NCBI GenBank assembly: GCA_025786725.1
Contig: JAHLTZ010000024.1
Span: forward strand, 310,001-374,000
DNA length: 64,000 bases
DNA from: Syncephalis fuscata S228
Taxonomy: Eukaryota > Fungi > Zoopagomycota
Reading direction: 5' to 3'
This document shows positions 26,277 through 40,474 of the stretch, piece by piece. The notes beneath the pieces are model-generated. The model made no database searches, had not been told where the DNA came from, and saw only the letters and a program-made list of their open reading frames with translations. Position numbers and translations under genes: made by a program. How positions within the stretch are numbered: the first letter of the stretch is position 1; every line of letters begins with the position of its first letter.

Positions 26277-27242
26277 TGTGTTGTTGTGTATTAAAGTAAA
26301 GCCCTTTACTATATCTAATAGAGCTGTATAATTAATATAAAAAATAGTGGGCCTGTATAAAGATGGCAAAAGCTAAAGGGCAATGGATAGAAAAAAGCGC
26401 TACAGCGGGCGTTAATAGCTACACGTCTTGTAACGCGAATTTACATAGCATTTTATACAGGAAAGTTTTCTTTCTATTCTATTTTGTGTTTACCATGTGG
26501 TGGTTTACAGATGGTGTTGATGCTAGAAGGCAACCCTTTTGGTTGACCAAAAATGGCGAACGCATGGTGGTTAATTGCAGTCTATTGAAGTAAAAGATGC
26601 CCAGCCTACCTGTTCACATGGCTTCCGATTGGAACGTGAACAAGACTGTGGTCTATGTTAGGCGGCAAACATACACCAATAGTGGCTGGAATGCAGCAAA
26701 TACTATCAACAAACCCCATCAGCAACAACAATATAGACCAATAACATAGCAATACAACTAACAATGACGAATCCATGCATCTTATTTGACTGAAAATGCT
26801 AATATTCTACCTTTACAACCAGCCGTATAGTTGGCAATAGCTACGCAACCCAAATATTACCCAATTGTTTTGAATGCTGCCAAAAAGCCTTTTGTTTGTA
26901 AATGATTGAGTGTTGTTGTTATAGAGTGTGGTAAATACTTGTATCTTTTATTTTTATTATTATTATTGATCTATTGTAACTAACGTAGCATTTTATAAAT
27001 CATTATATATTTCATACTAAATCACTAATTACGCATTCTGTATTTAACTAGCTGAAATAAAACTATTTATTGAAGTGAATAACTGCAAAACAATTAAATT
27101 GTTATTGCTATAAAAGCATGCTATATTGCTTAAAATATCCAAATGAGATAACTATGAGGTACACGATGCTTTGCGATCCAACAGGCCACAAGGGCAGAAA
27201 GAAGCAATGATATATAGTAACACCAATCCAAAGGCCTTCACA

Positions 27243-27380
27243 CTAACTCATTTGCCCGTAAACAAGTTGATATTCGGTACGGCGCTTCAACGATTGCTGG
27301 TCCTCGGTCTTTGCAGGTGCTGCCTCACAGATGGTAACGAGGGCCGAGATGACCAACAAGACGAGTAGAAATTCACGCAT
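27243..27380 (-). CDS. 45-aa secreted prepro-peptide with KR site
   Basis: MREFLLVLLVISALVTICEAAPAKTEDQQSLKRRTEYQLVYGQMS*: hydrophobic signal, CEA|AP cleavage, KRR. TATATAA-like motif ~45 nt upstream. Shorter than any ORF listed in the track. Confidence 0.7.
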   Translation of the reverse strand: MREFLLVLLVISALVTICEAAPAKTEDQQSLKRRTEYQLVYGQMS

Positions 27381-28303
27381 AGTGTAGAGTGCTGTTATGA
27401 GTATAACTGCAACTAAGAGTGCTAGTTATATAGATTTGAAAGCAGTATCAAAAGTGATAATGGTAGCAAAGGTGGTCAGAACACAGTGCAATAACTTGAA
27501 ATAAAAGTTCAAACTGATGAAGATGAAAAGTAAAAGAAGAAGAGACTAGCGAGCGACTTGAAAGGGGCAATGGCCACTACAAAAAGCATGACTATTCTTA
27601 GAGTGGATCAGTTTAATTGGTCATATCATGTGATCTGCTGTTACATTGATATGCGTATGTATGGCTATAGAGGAAAACTGGTACAATTCACTCGGTGGAT
27701 TCTTCTACGCACAGCAACAGCTACAGTACTCGAATCGCATCTAATAGGCACATAGCGTATCGTCATCATCAATGTGACCTCCACCTGGTTGATCAGCAGT
27801 GTATACTTTTACTTACTTTGGATGAGCCAAAGCCGTGACACTGTAATATGAAGATGAATGCCTATCATTGCATCTCTCACGGCCACTGCCACTCTCTCAC
27901 TCTGTATCATTTACTCTAACAACAACAACAACAACAACACTGTGTGGTAGCATTTTTGTTTACTGGCCTTTATTGATGTTATTTTGATAGAACGCTCAAA
28001 GTCCGACTATTGACTTTTCTGCCTCATTTCTTTTCTGTCCTACACGCATTAATTCAGTGCGAGTGTATTGTGCTGTAAAAGCCAGTTTCTTTTGCCAGCT
28101 CTTTTCTTCAACGATAATCTAGTAACGACAGCAATCAACATTATCAATACGATAACTGTAGTGCGCAGCATATTGTGTTCATCTATTTAATTTATATATG
28201 CGCTGTTGTTAAATCCAAATAGTTGTCTTTTAGTCTATTCTATTCTATTATTATATATTGTCTTGTATTTATTCTTAATCTTTTCTATTAGTTAACTAGC
28301 AGT

Positions 28304-31300
28304 ATGGCTCAACCGAGCCAGAATGTCCGTGATACTTCGTTTAACTCGTCGTCATCTGATTCGACTCAGGTATAAGCCGGCAACGCTCTATTAATGGCGA
28401 TAAAGTACGAAAAACAGTCCAGTATTTTGAATCCAGCGAGACAGCTGTCGTTAGTGATGACGAGTCCCGTCCATCCTCGCCCAAGTCTCCGGAGCGGCGT
28501 CCATCAGTCAGTCAGAAACTACGGGACAAAGTAAAGGAACTAGCATTAGCGATGGATATGGATGATGAATTACTATCAGTACGTGAAGAGACCGACGAGG
28601 ATAATAAAGCAGCAGATGTAACAGAAGCAACAACAACAACAACAACAGCTGTAACTGAAACAAATCCATCTGTTAATAGCTCATTATCAGTATCAACTGA
28701 ACAAAAAGCATCATCTAATGCCACGCCTATTTTTATTAATACCAATTTAAATGCAGTACCTGCATCAGCTTTATCATTATCACCTACAACGTCAGAGTCA
28801 TCGTCTAATGGTGGCCGTACACCTAACCGAAAAGTAGTCACCACACCTGAATTTGACCGATATTTGGAACGACGACGACTAGAAGCAACCCAGAATGGAT
28901 CTGAACCATCCTCACCGACTACTTCAATGTCTACAGATCCGTCAGTAAATACAGCTCGTCTATCACGTCATATATCCGAGTTGGATAGTCCATTAGCCGA
29001 TACCGTGTTAACGACACTGACTGAAGAAGATACCGACTTTAGTGAATTGGCATCACCGCGTATGTCTGGTATACAGCACACTACAACACAAGTATCGACT
29101 GGTGGTACGCAAAAGAGCCAGTCTTCCTCATCAGCAGTGCACGTAGCACGTATTGGTAAATTGCTACCAGTACTTAAAGTATTTCAACGACCTGCCAAAC
29201 CACCTCGTCCCATTAAAGACCGTCATTCTATTGTGTCATCGAATGACGATAATAATGAGAGCAATGACAATCAAGATAGCTGGAGTGGGTCATCAACGGG
29301 GTCAGGTAGACATCATTCACGACGACAACGTGGATTTTTACCGTGGAGTCGTAAAAATAAGCGAAAGGGCAGCTCTGACGATAAGAAGCGCTATTCTGAA
29401 GTGGATCCAGCCATTATGGCCATTCAACAAACAAATCCACATAGTCATTCTAAAACTATTGTAGCTACTAGTAATGTGTCACAGCCTGTAGCATCTACTT
29501 CTCGTTTAGAACCACCAACTAATAACCATAATGACTCTATTGGCCATGCATCTAATGGATCATGGGTCACTGATAGATCTGATTCATCGGGTGAGGCAGA
29601 TCATACTGGATTAGGCGAAGAATTAAGCCGTAATATTCCAGTAGACAATACAACAACAACAAGACAGCGTAATCAATCAGCTGAAGCTACTAATAACGGA
29701 AATACAGATCGATTACATCGACAACGTTCACATGATTCAATTGACTGTGCTAGTTGTTTAGAATATACTGGATCGATGGCTCAGAGACGATCCAGATCAC
29801 GGGCCAGTTCACTAAATGATTTACGACATGAACACTCTGATGAACATACATCCGATGCTGATTACATGTATCCACGCGATATGTCGACACCAATGGCCAC
29901 ATCACCCGAACCACCCCGTCGCTTCTCCAGCGACACAGCTGAAACAAGATCACTAGATAGAGCACTGTCACAGAATGAACGACACCGCCGCTCACTTCGA
30001 TGGCGGTCCGATGATCATTACAGCATTGCTTGGCGGGATGCATCAGCAGCTCGTCGAAATGCCCATAATAGCAATCGTGGTGGTGACCGCGGTAATGATA
30101 CACGACGTGATCGTGGTAACGTGGAACGGTATTGGGCGGATCGTACTTTACACGATCGTGATCCACACTATCCATCCACACGACGTACACAACGATCACA
30201 TAGACAGCGTACAGATATTCGTGACTATGACACCACACCTTTACCATCTCGATGTGAACTCTGTCTAGAGTATTCGCGTGAAATGCGTGTATTGCCTTGT
30301 CGACATACTTATTGTCGCAATTGTTTACAACGTATGGTTGATGATAATGATATGCGTCAACGATCATGGTCATCTTTACCACAGCCCAACTATCCTCATC
30401 CTCACAATAATATAATGATGCCTACACCGCCACATGCGCTGATGATGCCAGGTCGACCACCATTTGCTCCTGGTCTACCCTTACCTGGCTTCTTTCCTCA
30501 TTCCATGCCTACACCCAACTATCCCATGGGTGCTACATATAGACCGGGTGCACCGCTATCGCATGGTCATGGCTACCCGATGATGAATAGTGGTATTGGT
30601 ATTAATAATGCCAGCATGATGCACTCAGGTATAGGTGACGATATTACTATGCAGCGTATGGAAGAGGGTGAAGCGGTCAATAGCGATAATGAAGATGAAG
30701 CTGAAGGCGGCAATAATAAACGTAAGAAGCAGGATGGTCAAAAGAGCGGTACCGATCAAAAGAATCGATCTGTCAATGCCATTGAACGACCAGTAGTTAG
30801 ATTGCCTAGTAAAAAGCGGCTTTATCTGCGTCTTGTTCAATTAATTGCGTCCATTGGAGCCTTTGGATTCCTGGCCAGTGCCAAACCAGTAAGTAAAAGA
30901 GATTAATATTAATTATATAATAACATGTTTATTTTCATGTATCTTTATTAGCATTCGGGTTCAAACGGACCAGTTTTCGAAGATAACTCTGGTGTTTATT
31001 TCTTATATGTACTAGCGGCTGTATCATTTTGTTTAGCAATTGCTCACGTAGTCTACTTTTACTTGCGACTTAAACGTGGACGGGCCAAGTTTAATCAATG
31101 GTACATTTGCGGTATTGACTTTTTCATGTTTCTTTTCTGGGGTGCAGAAGTTGGTGTGTTATTATCAAAGAATTCATGTCCAAGTGGCACCTACAATGGC
31201 TGGTAAGTAGCAGTATTCATGTTGGTATATTCAATGGCTAATATAGCACTATATCATAGGTGTACATTCTTTAACGTGGCCATCTTTTGGGGATTTGCTT

Positions 31301-31428
31301 CACTGGTGGCCTATGGTGTGGCTGTTGTATGGGATCTTATAGGCATTTGGGTTGCTATACGTCGACGGTCTCAACAACGACAACCGAATGAATTACAAAC
31401 ACGTACAACGATTGATACGAATAATTAA
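28304..31428 (+). CDS. Large disordered protein with partial RING-like motif and C-terminal MARVEL-like 4-TM domain
   Basis: 784-aa ORF plus upstream extension (1-nt frameshift near 28360). CELCLEY...LPCRHTYCRNC, then LYLRLVQLIASIGAFGFL and two further exons with GIDFFMFLFWGAEVG...CPSG..NGWCTFFNVAIFWGF. Confidence 0.75.
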
Positions 31429-32034
31429 TTAGGTTTTTTGTTTAGTCTATTATATCATTTATTATTTATGCATTTATTATTAGTATACTACTAAGTATTA
31501 ATATTAATACTCGGAGCTATTGCTATTACTAGTATTATCATTGTCACGACTGCTTCGTTTCTTTTAAAATTACTCTCTTTTCTTATTATTACTATTATCA
31601 TTATTATTATTAATAGTAACATCAATATACTCGTAATAATAGGTCTCCCTCGGCCTTATTCATATTAAAATAAAACACCTGTAATTAATAAATAGTTTTG
31701 TTTATCATTCACTAAAATGAATGTCAAATATATTTTGTAAACTGTAATGGCCGAGTAAGGACAATTCAGCTTGAAGGAAATAGGGAAAAAATAGGGCGTT
31801 TTAGATAATTAAAGCAGTTATCTATAACATGCAAAATAACAATTGAAGGGGAAAGAACTGAGCGAGTGATGTAATAGAGTGACGGGGACGATGAAGTGTT
31901 GATATAAACAATCAGTTTAAACATAATCTTAAAGAAAATAACAACAACAATAATAGTCATAGTATGAATGAATGAATGAATGAATGAATGAATGGATAAG
32001 TGATAGAGTGATGAATGGAAATAAAAAAATGAAA

Positions 32035-34224
32035 TTAAGATATACTAAGACGTCGTTCTGCTACCACTTTCATGCGTGCTAATAGTTGCACTTCTTCATT
32101 GGTGACAGACAAGGCACGCATACGTAATTGTTGTGCTGACTTGTTATGACTTGCAGATAGTTCAGGTGTAGATACTGATGTGGCAGTAATGGCCGTTGTT
32201 GTAGAAGCCTTGGTTAATGGTAGTCCAGGATGTTGAATATCGGTGGCCACCATAGCATCCACTAGCTGATCTACCGAACTATTGCCATGGATAATTGAAT
32301 TGCTAAACGAGTCAGGTGAGGTGGGTGAATCGGGTAATTCAGGCAGGCCAATATCAGAAGATTCAATGACAATTGGATCCATAAACCAGCCATGCATCTT
32401 CAATTGATGTGTCTAATAAATGGATAAATAAATAAATTGTTAATATATGCTAATGGTGTATTAACGACTTACCTTCAAGTTACCGCGTTGATTAAATGAT
32501 CGATCACAGCCAGAATGTGGACATTGATAGGGACGAACACGTAAATGAATGCGTTCATGGGTGCGTAGATTGCCTTGTTGTGAGAATGCTTTACGACAAT
32601 TAGGGAATGTGCACTATATTAATTGTTAATTAGTCGATTACTTAAATAGATAGAGATAGTAGATTATTTACTTTAAATGGCTTTTCACCAGTATGTCGTC
32701 GTTCGTGCGTCTATTATTATATAAGATATCACTTCATTAGTTGCTATTTGCTAGTATAGCTATTATACTTACTTTTAAATTGCCATGTTGTGAAAAGGCC
32801 CGACCACAGCCGTCAAATGAACATACATAGGGGCGGTCACCAGTATGAGCACGTTCATGGATTCGCAAATGAGCCAGCTGTGCAAATCCTTTACTACAAT
32901 CAGTGTATCGGCATATAAATGGCCGTCGTGCATCGTTGGTGGGACTTTCAGAAATGGGTGGACACGAATCGTCAGGTGCACTGGATGATAAAGCAGACGC
33001 CGTTTTATAGGTACGGGTATAGTTGGGCACAGAGCTGGCTACCGAGTCATTTGAACGATCGCTATTGTTATGAGTTAATTGCCAGCGACAATTTGATATC
33101 GAATCAGTAGGCATACTGCCAATCATTGTTGCTGGTGTAGTAATGGATGAAGTGGTACGTGGTTTAAATGAACTGCCGTTAACGTTATTTTGGCCACCTC
33201 TATGCATTAAGCTGGAAAGAGAAGTGGCGGCTGCTTCAACTTCTGGCATATCCGACTCAATGTCCAGTTCCATTTCCATGCCTAGTAAATCGTCGTCGGC
33301 TTCTATTTCAACGTCACTTGTCGATTCGATAGATGCTGGTGCACCAAATGTACTTGTTTCCAAATCATCACCACTATGTGCATCTTGGATGGCGGCAGCC
33401 ATAAGAAGTACATCAAGGGGGGATGCTGATAGATCGGACAAGTGATTAGGTGTTGCATTTGCGACTGAAAGTGAATTAGGCGATAGAATTTTTGCTGAGC
33501 ATGGGATTGATGTTGGCGTGTGATTGTATTCCATGTTATTGCGAATATTAGCACCGGGTATACCAATAGGTGCCGATGCGTCTAATCGACCAGTAGATGG
33601 CGCAGTGGCGGCTACTGTTACGGCTGGCTGTGTTGACGCAGTAACATATAGTGCTGGTGTAGTTGGAGCTGTTTGCATTGTATCGGTAATAGTGCGTTCG
33701 TTGCTGTTGTCGACGAGTACTGGTGTCGGTTTGGATGCTTGGCGGCTACTGGACAGTATGCGTAACAGCCGGCGGTGTTCTGTCCGTCTTCGTCTTTTTA
33801 TTTGTTGACGACGCAGTCTTGTGTCGCGTTTAGTAGCATTTGTGCTAGCAGGTGTACAGGTGATATGAAGTGCTGAAAGCATTCGACGACATTTTAATAG
33901 CTTTTCCGAAGTAACGTTGAATGCCGCCGGCTTTATATGGTTGTGACGACGGCGTGGAGCATAAGAGCGAATAGGCAATGAATATCGAGTGAATCCAGGT
34001 GTAGCATACTTTGCTAATGTATGTGTAAGATGATTATGTGCACTATGGCTATTGCTGCCATTGCTGACACTGCTGCTGTTACTTGTAGCGGATGATGCGA
34101 CTGAAGGACCGGCAGTCGATGATGTGTCATCAACACTAACTAGCGAGTTGCGGTGTGGATGTCTACGACGAAGGCCATGTGTTCCACGGGTCGTTGATGT
34201 CATGGTAAACGAAAACATCGCCAT
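32035..34224 (-). CDS. C2H2 zinc-finger transcription factor (4 fingers, Azf1-like arrangement)
   Basis: [51 protein letters not shown]|[13 protein letters not shown]|[23 protein letters not shown]...[19 protein letters not shown]|THQLKMH. Confidence 0.92.
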
Positions 34225-35725
34225 GATGAACGATTAAGCCAAGGCAATGCTATTGAATACGTTGGAATAGAACTAGATGTAGAATAGAGCATACAGAGTA
34301 TATGCATACAGGTTAGTATATGTTTAAGTTGTTGTCACCATTTATTACAAGCATAGAGCCAAAGGTCAATAGATTACAAAGATTGACTGATTACGTAGCT
34401 CTACTATGGATATAGACGTGTAATCAGTCTCTATGACACTACGCAATCGCACCCCTCTTCCACTAAATAGCAAGGCTCACCGGCTAATTGTACAAGAGTC
34501 GAGCAGAGTAGATTTAGCTGTTATTAGAATAGCCAAGAATTATAAAGAAGAAAAATAAGCACATGAATCACGTGCCATATACGGAACAAAATAGTCAGGT
34601 GTTATTACGCATACAGCCAGCTTATACAGCCAAGTTACCGTAAAGATCATAATAAAGGAGAATCAAGCTGAATATAAGCCCCTGAGGTGCTATTACGTGG
34701 CATACAAGCAATATCGATAGTAGGCGTAGCAGCCGTTTAAACTTACCTGGCCGGTTCAGTGGGTCAACGGTAGGTGACGATAAGGCGTAGGCAGAAACGA
34801 CCAGATGGAAGCTATTCCAAGTATGACGAGTAATTACTGACGTCAGTGCTTACGTTTGAAGGCGATAGACGACAAAAAGACACAATGGGTTGGGACGCGG
34901 TTTTAGTACCAGATGATAATCGCGGTACCGCGAAAAGAAAAAAGTACGGGAAGCGTGTAAAGCTAATGAGGAAGTAAACGAACGAACAAGCGAACAAACA
35001 GACAATAACGAGCGTTGACTAAAGAAAGCAGTAGACAAGAAGAGGAGGAAGAATAAGCTGAAGAATGAATAGACAGCGCGACAATAGTAAAGGCGATACT
35101 AGTGGTGAGTGTGAAGGTAAAAGGTGATAATGGACAGTGCGCAAGAAAGAGAAACAACAACGAGAGTAATACAGCGAGTTCGTGTCGCGTCATTGGGTGC
35201 GAATGAATGCATGGGTGTCAATATGCAACAGAGTAAACGTATCTTTACTATGACTGAGTGGCCATCACCACCACCACCACCATGAAGCGAACCAGTTGTA
35301 TGTGTATATGTGTGTGTGTGTGAGTAGAGGTAGTAGATTGCCTAATTGGGTCTGCACGTTGGTGAACAGTGCGGCAAGCATTGATTGGACAATAAACTAC
35401 CTTTATGGACTAAAGTTCAGTATTGTTCTTTTTTTTAGTTTAATGTAAAGTGTTTATTCGTTCAAAAATACGACCATATAGGTAGAATACTAGCAAAGGC
35501 AATGCATGAGTCGTGAGGCAGCCCCTTTACCAATTAAGCCTATTAGGCCACCACATGCGCATGGTATATGTGATGTGTGTATGTAGTGTGGGCGTGCATA
35601 GAGGAAAAGGAAGTTTGGTATTGTCGAACACCGTTGAAATAAAAGTATAGTTGGTCGGTATAATCAAATAGCAGCAGCAGTAGTAGTATTAGTGTTCAAT
35701 TATAATGACTATTGACGCGTGCCGG

Positions 35726-36558
35726 CTAATTACGCGGATATGCGCAAATGAAATCGGCTGTTTCATTTCGAAGTTGTTCGACGGCAAGGGCCAACTTGTC
35801 CAGCTGAGCAACCACTTGGCCCAGCCTAGCACTGATGGATGTTTGTCCATTAGCGGAGACGCTATCATCTCCGCCACTATCAGACATACTGGCATCGCTC
35901 TCATCGTCGCTATCGTAGATGACAGCCACGGTCGATTCTGGTTGTTTGCCCAGCTCGATCGCAATGATCGTCTTGGCAAGCTGCAGCAATTCCTTGCCTT
36001 GATCCTCAAATTGGTCGGCAAGTTGGAGGACGGCAACAGCGCGTTCAGATAGTGCCCGGTTCTTTGATAGTTGACCGGGTGAGAGGCGGGCGCGTTGGCG
36101 GCGGCAGCAGCGGCACGAGCTGTTTTCCCGCTAATTTGTTGCTCGCTGGCCGCTGAACGTTTACCCGTGCTGTTTGGCGGTGAGGCGGCGGCAGCGGCAG
36201 CGGCAGCAGCCATCACAGCAGCAGCAGCGGCCTCCATTGGAGCTACTCGTTCATGTTCCAACTCCTCAAGACGATTGGTATGGATGCGTTTGAAATGGGT
36301 AATATCACGACGCTGGGTGATAAGTTCGGCAATAAGTGCACGAGCAAGTGAAATACGCTCACGACGACGTGCTTCACGTTCCGTTAAACGGACAAATATT
36401 GGAAGGCGGCGGCGATATCCGTCGGATTCCATCATCTTTGGGTTGTTTACAGTGGGATGGTCCATTATATTCTGTTCTCGGCTTATAGCGAACAACGGAC
36501 CAAGTGCTTCTAGGGATGGTGATACCGGACTGGTCGGCGATGGCAATGAAGACACCAT
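35726..36558 (-). CDS. Uncharacterised helical protein with RRLPIF motif; paralog of 50506-51189
   Basis: RRRLPIFVRLTEREARRRERISLARALIAEL...LEELEHERVAP. After a probable frameshift near 36060-36100 it continues AVAVLQLADQF...LDKLALAVEQLRNETADFI, matching the paralog. Start uncertain (36558 or 36648). Confidence 0.7.
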
Positions 36559-39500
36559 CGATTTATAGGCAAAAGAGTGATTGGCAAATTCAGTTTGCAC
36601 AGGTGTAAGTTGAGAGTGAAACAAAGTCATTATGACAAAAAAAGACACAAGTAATCGATGTTATTGTTTAGCAGATGTAAGTGTTCCGTGGCTAATGAGC
36701 GATGTAATATAGGTACGGTAGTAGAAGTAGTAGTAGTGGTGGTGGCGGTGATAGCGCAGTACTGTAACAGTAGTAGTGTAATAGTAATAATAATAGGTGT
36801 TGTAGTTGTCGTTGTAAGGTGTGGTGTAATTGAGCTATAAATGAAAGATAACTACCAATTGTAATAAAATTTAGTTAGTAAAAGTCACTTTTGTCCAACA
36901 GTAACTAAAAACAAATAAACGAAAACAGATTTAAAGAAATCAATCGATAAAAAAGTATAAGATATAAAAAACTATATAAACAAACAAATGATCCGAGGTA
37001 ACACAACTTGCAAATGCCAACCAGTTGCTTCAAAAAGTAAAGCAATGGGCTAATAGAACAGCTTGAGCTAGAGAAAAATAAACACGCGCGACTACTAATA
37101 CTTTCTACTCTAATAAAGTAACAATACAAAAACAAAGCGTAGATGAACAAAAGTAAATGGCTTAATGTTGACAATGGTGGAATAATGCCGATAATTTGTC
37201 ACTAATGTACCAAATACTGAACAAAGGCAATAAACAAATTCTGCAAAGAAAAGAATACAACTGCCGACAAATGAAATGGATTGTATAAAACGATAACAAC
37301 AGTAGTAGCGTGGTAGTAGAGCGTAGTAGCGTAGTAGTGTAGTAGTGACGGTGATTGTAGTGATAGAACAGTAATATAGTGGCAATAAACGAACCAAATT
37401 GATGAGCGAAAAAGATAGATTTGAAGTTATTTCAAGCGATTTTATATTATGCCGTTGCTATCATGGTCATTATCATCATAGTCATTATCATCATAGTCAG
37501 ATGATGATTACCTTCATTTGTAATATTGTTGTATGGATGTGGAGTGTGTAAGTATGGCTACGATCAGGTGCTATTACGCAGCCTATCGATGAAAAGGGGT
37601 AACAAAGGCGACATAGTAGCTGGCATGCATTAAAAGATGGGTGGATTTCTATCATCTTTTAAACAAACTATGAAAGAAGTAAATGACTGAATGTATGGTG
37701 TATGTATCTATGTGCGTGTGTAATGCGTAATGTGTATGATTTGCATGTCTTAATGAATGAGAAGATTTGATGGTAATACAACGATAGTTGCCGTGTGTGC
37801 GTATATATTTTCACACTCTTACTCGCATGACTAGCAACGTAAATATACATGTGCAATGTTAAATGCACGTAAGTTGCAGTGCTGATCATCACATGCGTAG
37901 TATTAACTATAGATGAGAGTGTGCTCGATAGTGGCTTTGTGTCCTGAAAAGGGCCAATAAACTGCAACGCAATGATGGCAAAAAAGTAGGATGCAAGTGG
38001 CACGTGCTGCAAATGTAAAGAGAGTTATTGGCATGGTGTTAATCACCGTAGGCTGAAATATTGGAAACAGATAGCAAATCAATGAAATTCAGTCGGTAAA
38101 TAGACACCGATGCAAGTACTAGCATTGCTAGTAAAAGGGGCGCGTGCGTGCCACATCTTTGCTGCTGCTGCAAGTCCTATCTTTCTATCTGCCTGTTCTA
38201 CATCTTTCTTTAGCTGCATAGCCAAGTAGCTGCAGCTTGAGGACCATGCGTAGATGCAAAAGAAAACATAATTATGCGATAATAAACCGGATAGTATTGC
38301 AAGTTTAGGCCAGCAATAAACCTTTTCTTATTCCATCTCGTCTAGCGCGCACTTGTCCGCCCACACTTACCTGTTTGACGAGACGGCAAAACAGCAAATA
38401 TAGCAGATTCTCGTTATCAATAAAGATCTAGAAAGCGTAAAGCATCGATAAATTGCAATAACTGTGATCGATATAGCACTAAAGATCGAGCAATTGATCA
38501 AGCAGTAATTGTAAAACGAGCTTTAGAATGTAAATAAGTAGTGATACTGGTCGTTAATGGGGCGTTACGTAGCGTTAGTAGTGGAAAAAAAGCAGGAAAG
38601 GACAAAACTGGGATGCCTCGATGAAGAGCACGTCTGAAGAAGCAGATGCATCGACGCCTTAAAAGGTCGGCTTGTAGTCTACGAGTCGACTGACGAGGAC
38701 TATTTTCGGACGAGTCGGGGTGGGTCGACACGAGTTAGATTGGCACGTGTGGTAATATCATGTTTATTGTATTCTTTTAGCAAACTTGCACCCAAATTAG
38801 AATAAAGAATGGAACGGGAAAGCTATTGATCAACAAGCTAATTCCTGATCGCTATCGCCCATAATGGCAATGCCCATTGGGCGGTGTTTTGAATAGTGTG
38901 CAGAACCAATGGAGCGCTATGTATCAAACATCCAATCATGGTCAATCAGTAAATGTATTTCCATTAGTGCGCCTATAAAAGGATATCGCCATGATGTCTG
39001 AATTGATTACAATAAAAATTACAGTGATCATGGAAATGTGATTGATTTTGATTTGAAACTCCGTTTAAGTTAGTGATGACCACAAAGTTTCACCGCCACC
39101 TGTTGTCTTTTTATCTTCCATCTTGGTTGGTGGTTAGCTAGAGGAAGTGGCAAATGGTAATAGCTCCAAGTAGCTTTATTTTTCTATTTGCGGCCCTTCA
39201 AACAAATATGGCCATGGCAAAAGAATTGCCGTATTAAGATGGGAACTGGCAATAGTACGTTTATCGGTGATGGAGATTGGCCGGTCACTGGGCTGCCATA
39301 AATGGTAGACTTTAGTACAATGGTGGGTTTTGATGTTTTATCCGCAGAATATGGCACCATAAATAAACGTTATTCTATGCTAAATAGTACTTTTTAAGCC
39401 GTAATAAATTTACTAATGATGCTTTTTACTGCACTATAATGGTGCAAATAGTAATTATTCGTAACTAGATTATAGCCATGAGTGAATATCCACTTTTGAG

Positions 39501-40474
39501 TCTTTGTGCTGAGTTACAGGCGCTCCGCTTGAATCAAATGGGCAAATTATCATTTTTGAAACACTCGACTGTTTGTTGGATCAGCTGACAATAAATAACA
39601 AGTTATCTTACGCAATACAATTATACCTATTATCTACTCGTGAATCATGTTCAGTCAAACGTATGATATAAATAAAAGTCAGTGCTGGCTACATCTTCTA
39701 CAGCTTTGTTAAGCCATGTTATTTATGTATGGATTATTGGCAAAGCCGTTGCTGCTGCAGTCGTTTGCGCATCTACCAAGTTTTATGCATTCGGTGACGA
39801 CATGGCTATCGACGCATGGTCGTAGAATAGGGAAGGTGCAGCGTAAAACGCTTCTTGTGTGGTAGATTCAACTGACTAGTTTCAATGGTCACCGGATGTT
39901 CACCAGACATGCTGCACGTCACACGCTTCCGTCCATTGAGCCAACATTGGCCTGCCTATTTTCGTCATTCGTGATAATGCCAATGGCATGCATGCCTCAA
40001 CAATAATAATAGGCAGGTGTCACGAACTACGTCTATAGAGCACTTGTGTAAGTAGCCGTCTTACAGCTCGCCCATCGTTTCGCTTTTGTCCTTTTCTTAT
40101 CAGTTTCTCTCTCTCTCGTTTCTCTTTTTTAGTATTTAGGTTCTTTCCTGTGGCTTACTTTGTGTTTTATATACCTATTTTCATTTTCCTCCTCCTCGCT
40201 TCGTTTCTTCTTTTTTCCGTCAGTAACTCTGTTATTTTGTACGTGTGCAGTGCTACGGCCGTGCAAAACTGTTTTATAACATCAGTGCTTTTGCACTCTT
40301 TATTCAATATTTGTCGCTTTCTTTATTTCTTAGCATATTCGCACATCCATGCCAATAGCCTAGGTGCTTATTTGGCAACAAAACCAGTATTCTGTGTATT
40401 ATTACATAGTTGAATATAGCTTAACGATAACGCTAAGACAGCTATAGTAATTTATTCATTGTTGACTATCACTC

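Noticed and set aside
36660-40413. Short hydrophobic ORFs in the long intergenic region
   Set aside because: Low-complexity, pyrimidine/purine-skewed UTR or promoter sequence with no splice-consistent model or known motif.
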